Positions 1 to 9,936 of a DNA stretch of 22,811 nucleotides are shown in pieces (within the stretch, counting starts at the first letter, position 1; each line of letters starts with the position of its first letter). The stretch covers positions 1 to 22,811 of the forward strand of contig NW_021836688.1 in the NCBI RefSeq assembly GCF_006345805.1, in the 5' to 3' direction. The stretch comes from Octopus sinensis (Eukaryota). The notes below the pieces were generated by a model, which saw nothing but the letters and a program-made list of their open reading frames with translations, did no database searches and was not told the DNA's origin. A program made the translations under genes and the position numbers.

Positions 1-141
1 AAGTAGCTTGCTTACCAACCACATTGATTCGGGTTCAGTCCCACTGAGTGGCATACATTGGGCAAGTGTCTTCTACTTTAGCCTCGGGCCAACCAAAGCC
101 TTGTGAGTGGATTTGTAGACGGAACTAAAAGAAGCTCATCG

Positions 142-173
<32 letters not shown>

Positions 174-190
174 ATATATATAATTATATA

Positions 191-248
<58 letters not shown>

Positions 249-527
249 TTATATATATATATATAATGTATATATATATATATATATATGATATATGTAC
301 ATGTACGTGAGTGTATATGTTTGTGTGTCTGTGTTTGTCCCCCCCAACATCGCTTGGCAACAGATGCTGGTGTTTACGTCTCCGTAACATAGCGGTTCGG
401 CAAAAGAGACCGATAGAATAAGTACTAGGCTTACAAAGACTAAGTCCTGGGGTTGATTGCTCGACTAAAGGCGGTGCTCCAGCATGGCCACAGTCAAATG
501 ACTGAAACAAGAAAAAGAGTAAAAGAG
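1..527 (+). mobile_element. tRNA-derived SINE (family A), nearly full length, 5' end cut by window edge, with internal (TA)n expansion
   Basis: Head AAGTAGCTTGCTTACCAACCAC..GGGTTCAGTCCC (B-box-like) also seen at 4881 and 22703; TGGGCAAGTGTCTTCTAC segment; internal TA run about 143-310; 3' tail ending in repeated AAAAGAG at 527. Matches my recollection of an abundant octopus SINE. Confidence 0.85.
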
Positions 528-626
528 ATACATCTACACACACATTATATATATATAACACATATATACTCATGCATATATGTATTCTTTTATTCATTAT
601 ACTTTTATACTACACTCTTACATATG

Positions 627-668
<42 letters not shown>

Positions 669-879
669 ATATATGCGCGTGTGTGTGCGTGTGCACCCAT
701 ATTCATATAATAATATGCGTATTAGTACATGCGTAGGTGAAATCTTAAAAATCATACAACTATACAACAATGTTTTACGCCATTTAAAAAGGTGTGTATG
801 TATATATGTATATGTGTGTGCTTATGCATTATATATATATATATATATATATCTATATATAATAATATATATTCAATAC

Positions 880-922
<43 letters not shown>

Positions 923-1111
923 CATATATATATATATGCATACACATATATTTATATGCAAGATACATATATCATATCTACACATACGTGCATAAGGTAC
1001 ACAAAGTCACATGCGCGCGCACACGCCCTTACAAGGCTGTCAAACGCATTTTTGCTAACATTAACGTTAAACTTGATGAACTTGCACTAATGAATATCGT
1101 TAACAATGGTT

Positions 1112-1669
1112 GTGACTCATTAGATGAAATATATTTAGATTCAATTTTTATGTTACATATATACATATATATATGCACACACACATACACATATATATAT
1201 ACGTGTATATATATATATATATGCATGCGTGTGTATGCATATATGTATATATATATATATGTATGTATATATATACACACATACATATATATAAATATAT
1301 ATATATGCACACACACACATATATATATATATATACGTATATATATATATATATATGCATGCGTGTGTATGCATATATGTATATATATATATATGTATGT
1401 ATATATATACACACATACATATATATAAATATATATATATGCACACACACACATATATATATATATATATACGTATATATGTATATATATTTGCATGTGT
1501 GTGTATGCATATATGTATATATATATATATGTATGTATATATTTATATATATCTATATAAATATATATATATATATATATGCATATATATATATGAATAT
1601 ATATATATATATATGTATATGTATATATAAAGCACAAAAATTGAATCTAAATTATTTCATCTGAGTCAC
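1112..1669. repeat. About 38-bp inverted repeat pair (1112-1149 / 1636-1669) flanking the minisatellite
   Basis: Reverse complement of 1112-1149 is AAAAATTGAATCTAAATATATTTCATCTAATGAGTCAC; 1636-1669 reads AAAAATTGAATCTAAATTATTTCATCTGAGTCAC (two small indels). Confidence 0.8.
1150..1630. repeat. Higher-order minisatellite built from TA/CA/TG microsatellite mosaic, unit about 135 bp, about 3.5 copies
   Basis: GCATG(C/T)GTGTGTATGCATATATGTAT recurs at 1223, 1357 and 1493 (periods 134 and 136). Confidence 0.85.
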
Positions 1670-1949
1670 TGCTACTATATATATATATAAATACACACAC
1701 ACAAGCAACCGCATACACACACATGTATATATATCTATATATATATACTAATATATATTATATATATATAATATATAATATATATATATACATATATATA
1801 TATATACATGTATATATATATATATAGATAGGTAGATAGATAAATAGGTAGGTAGATGGGTATTGTCGCATTCATATGATACATACACAGAAGATACAAA
1901 CACACACACACACACACACACACATACACACGCATACATACATCCTCGG

Positions 1950-2037
1950 TAGTATTTTGAACGCAGAACCTAAAGAATCAGAGGAAATGTTGAAAAGCAA
2001 TCTGTCCGACTTGCTAACGATTCTGCCATCTCGTCAC
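1950..2037 (-). mobile_element. Degenerate 5' fragment of Nin-domain-type SINE (family C)
   Basis: TTTGAACGCAGAAC...GCTAACGATTCTGCCATCTCG resembles the head end of the copy at 15142-15327. Confidence 0.6.
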
Positions 2038-2559
2038 TTTACAACAGAAAATAATATAGAAAGCAACAGTAATAATAGTTACAACAACACAACAACAACA
2101 ACAACAACAACAACAATAGCAGCAACTGCAAATCGGCCGCACTGTTATTTATTTATTTGGGTAGTTGTTAGTGTGTTAATTACTGTGTTAATTAGAAAGT
2201 CAACATTAATTATGAATGGTGGTAGGTATTGCTTCATTAGATCTGCACTTTTACTGTGTATACGTTCACGAAAATACACACTCTCTCACACACACACATA
2301 TACACAAACATACACACATACACTCAGCTATATTTGTATGTGTGTGTTAGTATTCGTGTGTGTGTGTGTATTCACATTTATATTTACATTCCTATCTTTT
2401 CTAATTACATCCATATAAGTGTGAGTTTCTGTGTGTGGAAGGCATGTGTATTAATATACATATATATATGCATATACATACATACATACATACATACTAT
2501 ATATATACATTATATATATATATATAATATATATATATATACATATATATATATGAGTG

Positions 2560-2823
2560 TATTTTTCCCTTGTTAACATTAACACGGAAAATAATAGATA
2601 AATAGTTACCAGGGTAGCAAAAAATCACACAAGAGGTTGTTTTTTAAAGGTAGAACTTCGGGTTTACGGTGGAATTTTTTGTATAAACATAAATAAATAA
2701 ATGGAGTTTAACGCAGGTATAATTCAAATACTTTTACTTTTACTTCGACACATAATAATATCAGTGAGATCTTCGAAACATTTGTCGGAAGTAAATGTAT
2801 TTGAATTATACCTGCGTTAAACT

Positions 2824-2827
<4 letters not shown>
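2560..2827 (+). mobile_element. Rearranged fragment of the HHR-bearing repeat also at 18000-18200, with a perfect 31-bp inverted repeat (2701-2731 / 2797-2827)
   Basis: 2564-2625 aligns with the minus strand of 18130-18190 (..GTTACCAGGGTA..). TCTTC-GAAAC-ATTT-GTC-GGAAG at 2770-2791 matches the 3' half of the 18046 ribozyme. ATGGAGTTTAACGCAGGTATAATTCAAATAC pairs exactly with 2797-2827. Confidence 0.75.
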
Positions 2828-2862
<35 letters not shown>

Positions 2863-2875
2863 CGAGAAACGGAGA

Positions 2876-3222
2876 GATCAACAAACAAACAAATTGAACT
2901 ACATCTGTAGATTATTTTTTTAATACAAAACATTATATAACATTTTTGTGACATAACAATGCTTACGGCTGTTTCTGCTTCCAATGTCAGTCGCTGCCTA
3001 CGAAAGAATTACGAAAATAATATTCTTCATCTTCATAGGATAGTCGAACTAGTACATGTAGCTTCCTCAGAGGGAATACATTATTTTCGTTATTCTTTCG
3101 TAGGCAGCGACTGACACTGCGAGCAGAAACGGCCGCAAGAATTGTTATATCACAGAAGTGTTATGTCATGTTTTGTATTAAAAATAATCTACAGATGTGG
3201 TCCAATTTGTTTGCTGATCTAA
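2876..3222. repeat. Foldback element, about 150-bp imperfect inverted arms (2876-3026 / 3074-3222)
   Basis: 2985-3021 pairs with 3080-3116 (36/37); ACATCTGTAGATTATTTTT at 2901-2919 pairs with 3180-3198; spacer about 47 nt. Confidence 0.85.
2962..3072 (-). ncRNA. Type I hammerhead ribozyme motif, intact core, weak stem I, long stem II insert
   Basis: Minus strand: CU-CUGAGGA-A-GCUACAUGU...ACAUUGGAAGC-A-GAAA-CAGCCG-UA/AG. Core CUGANGA and GAAA...UH present; stem I only 2 bp. Confidence 0.5.
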
Positions 3223-3415
3223 AGTTTTCTCCATTTTCTGAATATATAAATTTGATTCCTGATAAACTTTTGTTTATTCTGTTGTTACCTGTACTCAACG
3301 AGCATAGTGTACCTACGTACACATGCCCGGAATAGCACAGGTAACTGATAGCGATAGTAAATACGGATATTTTATCCCTTAGTCAGTTACTATAACTGCT
3401 AACTCTGTTTGCTTC

Positions 3416-3560
<145 letters not shown>

Positions 3561-3606
3561 TCATATCATATATATTATACATATATACATACATGTATGT
3601 ATCTAT

Positions 3607-3649
<43 letters not shown>

Positions 3650-3843
3650 TATATATATGTGTATAATCTATATATAGTATATATATAGATATTACATATG
3701 TATAATATTTATATATGTGTATATGCACGCATAAATGCTTATATGTATGTGATGGATATATATATATGTTATGTCTTTATTAGATATATATATTATGTAT
3801 ATATATAGATATATATATATAAAATATATATATACATATATGT

Positions 3844-3883
<40 letters not shown>

Positions 3884-4059
3884 CATATTATATATATTAT
3901 TATATATCAGAACAGATAAGGAAATAATGTTATTTTCAAACGCAGGATAATGCTAATAATATAGCATGAACATGATAAACTATCCATATTTAGCAGAAAT
4001 GTTTGTCGGCGGCCAGCCATGTTTGTTGACTTTCAACGTAAGTTGAATTTACACGCACG

Positions 4060-4109
<50 letters not shown>

Positions 4110-4224
4110 ACACCTATATGTATACATATATATATGTATGCATATACGTACAACATATATGCTATGCACATATATGTACATACTCACATTTTGTCACGTA
4201 GAATTTACTTCAGAAATTAGTCAA

Positions 4225-4362
4225 GAGGATATACACATCCGTGTACCCCTAAACCAAAACCTCATGATATTTAAAGTCAGCATACCCTTAAAGAAGACTA
4301 TGATATTTCGTGTTAGTGCACGTGTAAAGCATAACATTATGATATTTGGAGTCAGCGTACCC
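4225..4362 (+). repeat. Degenerate 36-39 bp tandem repeat, 3-4 units, within an open frame
   Basis: ATGATATTT..GT(C/T)AG.. at 4264, 4300 and 4339; translates MIFKVSIP / MIFRVSAR / MIFGVSVP. Confidence 0.7.
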
Positions 4363-4801
4363 GAGAGAAGAGAACACCGAGAACAGTTCGAGTCGGCTTG
4401 CCCTTAACGTAGAACGTTATGTTGTTTCAAGCCGGCAATCTGGTGAGATCTCTTTTATGACCTTTCTTTACGTAAGGAGTGCGGTTGGTTTTGGATGGAA
4501 GCTGTGCCGCGATACGCTCCCCACCAGCAGCAGCACAACAACGACAACAGCAACAACCGTAATAACCGCAATGACAACATCAACAACAACCAACCCCAGC
4601 AGCAATAATATTTTAAATAACATTTTAATCGCAATACATTATCACATTAACAAATTCTGACGCTATATGTATGTATATATGTGTATATATATATATATAT
4701 GTGTATATATACACACACACATATATATATAATGTTATATATATACGTTATATATATATAAATATTATATATATACATACATACTTATATATATATATAA
4801 T

Positions 4802-4837
<36 letters not shown>

Positions 4838-4880
4838 TATATTATATATATATCTATATATAATATTATATTTAAATATA

Positions 4881-4968
4881 GGTGCAGGAGTGGCTCTGTG
4901 GTAAGTAGTTTGCTTACCAACCACATGGTTCTGGGTTCAGTCCCACTGCGTGGAATCTTCGGCGTCTT
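4881..4968 (+). mobile_element. SINE family A, 5' head only
   Basis: GGTGCAGGAGTGGCTCTGTGGTAAGTAGTTTGCTTACCAACCACATGGTTCTGGGTTCAGTCCCACTGCGTGG; A/B-box-like motifs; aligns with 1-50. Confidence 0.85.
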
Positions 4969-5002
4969 CCATACATACACTATAGTGTGTGTATGGGGGG
5001 AC

Positions 5003-5043
<41 letters not shown>

Positions 5044-5255
5044 TATGTCTGTGTGTGTGTGCTTTAACTACAGTTTAAGAGCATTTTAGGCCTCATTTCT
5101 AGCAATGAATGTGTTCTAATACCTTTAGTCACATTAAGTGATAATTATAGGTTTCCTTTACGGAAACACATTGCACATGGCTGTTTATATATATATATAT
5201 ATATATATAAATTTGCGAGCAGGGAGCGAACCCCTACCATCTCTTAGTGATGGGA

Positions 5256-5306
5256 CCAGTAGACCAGTCCTGGTTTCGGACTATTTCGTCTACTTCTCAC
5301 TACTGG
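5256..5306 (-). ncRNA. Degenerate type I hammerhead ribozyme motif
   Basis: Minus: CCAGUA-GUGAGAA-GUAGAC GAAAUA GUCC-GAA-ACCA GGAC UGGU-C/UACUGG. 6-bp stem I, 4-bp stem III, but the CUGANGA box is altered. Inverted arm at 5354-5372 has CCAGTA-CTGAAGA (canonical). Confidence 0.5.
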
Positions 5307-5384
5307 ACACCTTGTCTGCTTGAGATGATAGCAGCTCGCTTCTCCAAAAGATGAGGTGTCCAGTACTGAAGATACTGAAGATGA

Positions 5385-5392
5385 TGATGATG

Positions 5393-5430
<38 letters not shown>

Positions 5431-5447
5431 CTAATAATAATAATAGC
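5385..5447. repeat. (GAT)n/(AAT)n trinucleotide microsatellite
   Basis: Direct inspection. Confidence 0.9.
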
Positions 5448-5889
5448 TAATAAAAGAAGATCAAATAAAAATGCGTCAGTTTATTAGCAAGTTGAACATG
5501 CCAAATATACAATATCTGGTTTTAGCAACGATTTCATATCAAGACATATTATATATATTATATAATATACATATATATTACATATGTGTCAATTAGATAT
5601 ATGCATAAAATGTTCAACACACAACACACACACAGACACCACACACGTATTATATATATATATATATATATCTATACTAGATATATATATAAATGTAAAT
5701 GTAGATGTATGGAAGTTATATCAATCTATCAATCAATCAGTCTATGTATGCATTATGTACGTAGAGACAGACAGTGATGTATATGTATGTGTGTGTGTCT
5801 GCGTGGGTGGATGTGTTGTGTGTTCATAACTATGTATACACATACATATGTATACACTTACGCACTTATCTGGATGTTAGACTTCACAA

Positions 5890-6030
5890 CAGGCAGACGT
5901 ACCGAACACTTCCTGTCACAACATGACTCCAAATGAACCAACCAGATCCGACCAGACGCGACCAGACCCGACCAGACCCGACCAGGCTCTCCTTCTTGAT
6001 TAATCTTCAAAAGAAATTTATTCCGTCATC
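5890..6030 (+). repeat. Dispersed repeat copy 1 containing a 10-bp tandem array (ACCAGACCCG-like, about 4.5 copies, 5941-5985)
   Basis: Shares ACAGGCA, ACTTCC.G, ACATGAC, CCAAACCAGA and TTAATCTTCAAAAG..ATTTA(A)TTCCG with 7620-7810. Confidence 0.65.
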
Positions 6031-6451
6031 ATAGTCTCCTAAGTAGGGGTCCAATACCAGAATCCTCCATATGTGCCCATCCCCATATTATTATTCCAAT
6101 GTTTAGAGGACGGATGAACTGCAGACTCGTACCCTTATGTTACGCATCAGAAGGCGCTTTCTCCCTCTTCACTCCCTCTCTCCCCCTCCATCTCTCCCCT
6201 TCCCTCTCCCTCATTCTTTCCGTTGTCCTCTCTTTTCTCCCTCTTCCTAACATCCTTCCCCTTTCTTCGCCCTCTCTTTCGTTCTTGCTCTCTCGGAAAG
6301 TGCGGAAGAAATGGCTGTTATTTTGTTCCAGGTTGGGTTGTGGATTCACAGAACCATTAGATCATTGAAAAAAAAAATGTCTTGCAGTATGGTATTTGGT
6401 TCAGCTCTCTACATTTCGGTTTCAAATTCTGTGGAGGTCAGTCAATTTTAC

Positions 6452-6693
6452 CTGGTATCCTTCCAGAATCAATAAAATTATGTACAAATGAAATACTGGA
6501 ATCGTTGACTGATTCCATGTCTTGGCTGACATCGACTGACACCCTTCTTCCAAATTTTCGCGACTTGTTCCTAAACTGCAAACAGTTATTTAACTCTACG
6601 AAAATATCGAACTGATATATAGACAAAGACACACCATCCATGACCATCCCATTTTTAAGTAACCCAAGGACTTCATTGCGTAGCATTTCCGTT
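6452..6693 (-). CDS. Candidate internal coding exon (242 nt, phase 2 in, phase 1 out) of an unidentified host gene
   Basis: Acceptor TTCCTTATTTAATACAG (AG 6695-6694), donor CCAG/GTAAAA (GT 6451-6450); 80 open codons of non-repetitive sequence: TEMLRNEVLGLLKNGMVMDGVSLSIYQFDIFVELNNCLQFRNKSRKFGRRVSVDVSQDMESVNDSSISFVHNFIDSGRIP. Confidence 0.75.
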
Positions 6694-6714
6694 CTGTATT
6701 AAATAAGGAAACAC

Positions 6715-6860
6715 AGCGAATTCGCAGAGGCGTCAGCGTATCGGGCAGAATACCTCACAGCATTTGTTCTGACATTCGATGTTCTGAGTTCGAATCTCAT
6801 CGAGGTCAACATTGCATTTCATTCTTTCGGGGGTTCATAAAGTAAGGTATCAATCCAGAG
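6715..6860 (+). mobile_element. Old Nin-domain-type SINE fragment (family C)
   Basis: GTTCTGAGTTCGAATCTCATCGAGGTCAACATTGCATTTCATTCTTTCGGGG resembles the reverse complement of 15142-15327. Confidence 0.65.
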
Positions 6861-7149
6861 CCATGGATTGACGGAACTGGAAGAACATCGGATTGGATGC
6901 TTTTCTGCATTTGTTCCGGCTACTTGTATTCTGAGTTCACATCCTGCCATGGCCTGCTTCAGTGGTACACTTAATCTGTCGTTTTAACGCCACCCGTTTT
7001 AACACCACTATCTGGTACCTAGGATATCTTTCGTGGCGTCCGTTCTATTGCAAGCATTCGGAAATGTAAAGTGTCGGAAGGAATACTGCAAAGCATTTTG
7101 TTCCAAGGTTTCCTCAAACCAACCGCCTCTCAGCAATCGGTTTGTGGCT

Positions 7150-7315
7150 TAGGCACAAGGCCAGTAGTTTTGAGTGGCGGTGAAAGGTTAGTCGATCACA
7201 TCGACCGCAGTATTTGATGGTACTTTACCTTATTGATTTCGGCCCAGAGAGTAAAAAAGTCTGAAGAAATACGGCAAAGCATTTTGTCGGACACTCTAGC
7301 GACTCTGCCAACACA
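7150..7315 (-). mobile_element. Old Nin-domain-type SINE copy (family C)
   Basis: TAGGCACAAGGCC..AGTCGATCACATCGACC..GGTACTT..GAAATAC..AAGCATTT..CTCTGCCA aligns with 15142-15327. Confidence 0.7.
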
Positions 7316-7344
7316 CCTCCCGAGAAATGGTCTCTGATTTCGGA

Positions 7345-7540
7345 ACAAAAGCATCAAATTATGGGGTGGGGGAGTTTAGTCGATTGTACCAACCCTCATA
7401 CTTGACAAGTACTTTATTTTATCGATTGCAACAGGATGAAGGGCAAAGTTGACTCTGGCAGGATTTGAAACTCCGAACGAAAAGAGCAGAAATAAAAACC
7501 GTAAGTCATTTTGTCTTACGCTCTAAACAATCTGCAAATA
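7345..7540 (-). mobile_element. Old Nin-domain-type SINE copy (family C)
   Basis: AGTCGATT..AAGTACTTTATTTTATCGA..GGATGAAGGGCAAAGTTGACTCTGGCAGGATTTGAA aligns with 15142-15327. Confidence 0.7.
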
Positions 7541-7619
7541 CACCGCCCTATTATCACAAGGCATTTGGTCCCGCGCTGTTTCAATTCCGCCAAACCACGA
7601 TATTGCCACGAAAGTAAAA

Positions 7620-7810
7620 CTCCACAGGCAACACGACATCATTACATCGACAACTTCCGGCATTACACCAATTAACGCCAACATGACACCGAGAACTTTC
7701 CAACACAATACAACTCCATCCATGCCAAACCAGACCCAAACCAGAGCGGATCAGACTAGCTAGGTCTGCATCGAATTTAATCTTCAAAAGGGATTTAATT
7801 CCGCCAAAGG
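7620..7810 (+). repeat. Dispersed repeat copy 2 (paralogue of 5890-6030)
   Basis: CCAAACCAGACCCAAACCAGAGCGGATCAGA followed by TTAATCTTCAAAAGGGATTTAATTCCG. Confidence 0.6.
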
Positions 7811-7844
7811 CCATTTAGTGCTAGAAGTGAATGTATCAAGTAAA

Positions 7845-7907
7845 TAACAATAATGATGATGATGATGATGATGGTGATGATGACGATGATGACGATGATG
7901 ATGATGA

Positions 7908-7942
<35 letters not shown>

Positions 7943-7971
7943 TAAAAATAATAATAATAATGATAATGATA

Positions 7972-8005
<34 letters not shown>

Positions 8006-8072
8006 CGATGATGATGATGATGATAATAATAATGATGATGATTTGATGATATGATGATGATGATGATGATAC

Positions 8073-8113
<41 letters not shown>

Positions 8114-8207
8114 TGATGATGATGATGATGAATGATGGTAATAATCATAATAATAAAAATACTAATAATAATAATGAAATGATGATGATGATGAGGTAAT
8201 AATAATG

Positions 8208-8257
<50 letters not shown>

Positions 8258-8258
8258 G
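7845..8258. repeat. Compound (GAT)n/(AAT)n microsatellite block
   Basis: Direct inspection; explains the poly-I/H/D/M ORFs. Confidence 0.95.
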
Positions 8259-8835
8259 CTCTATCTTCTTGAGACTGATTGCAAATGGACGCGGTGGAAA
8301 GTTTTACGATGAAGAAACACTGCAGAAAAAAAATATGAAATAGGAAAGAAGAAAATATGAGAAGTTAGTTTTAATTTATTCGTTAGATTTGTTTCTTTTT
8401 TAATGAAGAAGTATGAAAAAAATTTTCTGAGAAAACGTAACAGGAAAAAGAAAAATGAAAGAAAAACGAAACTCATAACCCGAATCGTGCTGTTAATGAG
8501 TAAATACGTGCAAGATGTAAAACTCTTCGCTATGTTGGCGACTGTATATATGGAGCGAACAAGTAAAAGTTAACAAGCCGTATTAGAATAGCGTATTTAA
8601 GTAAGTACATTAAATGTTTTAACGTAGCAATTGGAAATTATGAAATGGAACCGAGAACTTCTCCGACTGACTGAAAAAACACTTCACTTCAACTGGAAAA
8701 GGTAAAAAGAAAAGAAAAGAGAATAAATAGAAATGAAAAAAAAAACGACTTCAGAAGAAGATAAATTTTATTAAAATGAAATTATATGCCCAAAATTCAC
8801 AACCAACCAACAATAGAAAAAGAAAAACACACTAT

Positions 8836-8873
<38 letters not shown>

Positions 8874-9000
8874 TAGAGAGATAGAGAGATAGATAGATGT
8901 GTGTATGTATGTATATATGTGTGTATTATATATATATATATAACACACTATATATATATACATATATATATTTGTATATGTATATATATGCATATGTATA

Positions 9001-9049
<49 letters not shown>

Positions 9050-9861
9050 CGCAAATGCATACATATATGTATATGCTTATACACTCACACTTATATACAC
9101 ATATGTGTGTATATATATATAAATACTTACATATATATACCTACACATATATACATATATGTGTATATACATACACGTCACGTCTATATATAAATACACA
9201 CAAACATATATATTTATATATATATACATATATATATTTGATAGCGCTTGGCCTAGTGGTTAAGCACCTGAAATAATTAGTGAAAACTTGGTTCAACGTA
9301 CGCTCGCAGCAGACTACAGGATATTTATATACATATTGACACATGTTCATTCATATATATATATATGTGTGTGGGGGGGGTGTGGCAATACCTGGATCCT
9401 TGAAATCCTGTGGAAATCACAGAAATCTCCTCAAGTGGATCCGGCTACCATACGACATAGTGATTGAATGTGGAAGGGTATAATGCAGCTAAAACCCAGG
9501 AGATCCAATCAAAGAAATCATTTCATGAGGAGTGTATAGACCATAAAGCCAGGAGGAAGCATGAGAGGTGAATAAAGGTATCTAACTACTTGATATCCGT
9601 AGGATTACGGCCGTTTCGCAGCCTTCTTCGTGTAATAATAATTTCAGTGTATAATAAATCAGTTTACATGTCTATGCCAATATGTATGCTACCCATTGCA
9701 CAGTACAATTCTACAATTATAAATGAATGCAGACATAGAAGGTTAGCACGTCAGATCACCAGAACATCATGGTTACATTAATCTCTTTCTGTTTCTGTCT
9801 CTCATTCCCACTCTCTCTCTCTCTCTCTCTATTTCTCTCTCACACTCTCTCTTTCTCTCTC

Positions 9862-9934
<73 letters not shown>

Positions 9935-9936
<2 letters not shown>

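Noticed and set aside
1033-1140. Possible further minus-strand exon with a GTAAGG donor
   Set aside because: The candidate acceptors give stop codons in the frame needed after the phase-1 end of the 6452 exon.
184-1939. Long ORFs of 85-282 aa rich in Y/I/H/T/C/V
   Set aside because: They are translations of (TA)n, (CA)n and (TG)n microsatellites, which lack stops in several frames. The same applies to similar ORFs at 2256-4980, 8897-9350, 13527-14169, 16956-17303 and 20435-20799.
6382-6615. Plus-strand 77-aa ORF overlapping the candidate exon
   Set aside because: Most simply the antisense shadow of the minus-strand exon, which has good splice sites at both ends.
7795-8148. Poly-His/Ile/Asp/Met ORFs (also 11090-11536)
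   Set aside because: Trinucleotide microsatellite artefacts with no splice or compositional support.
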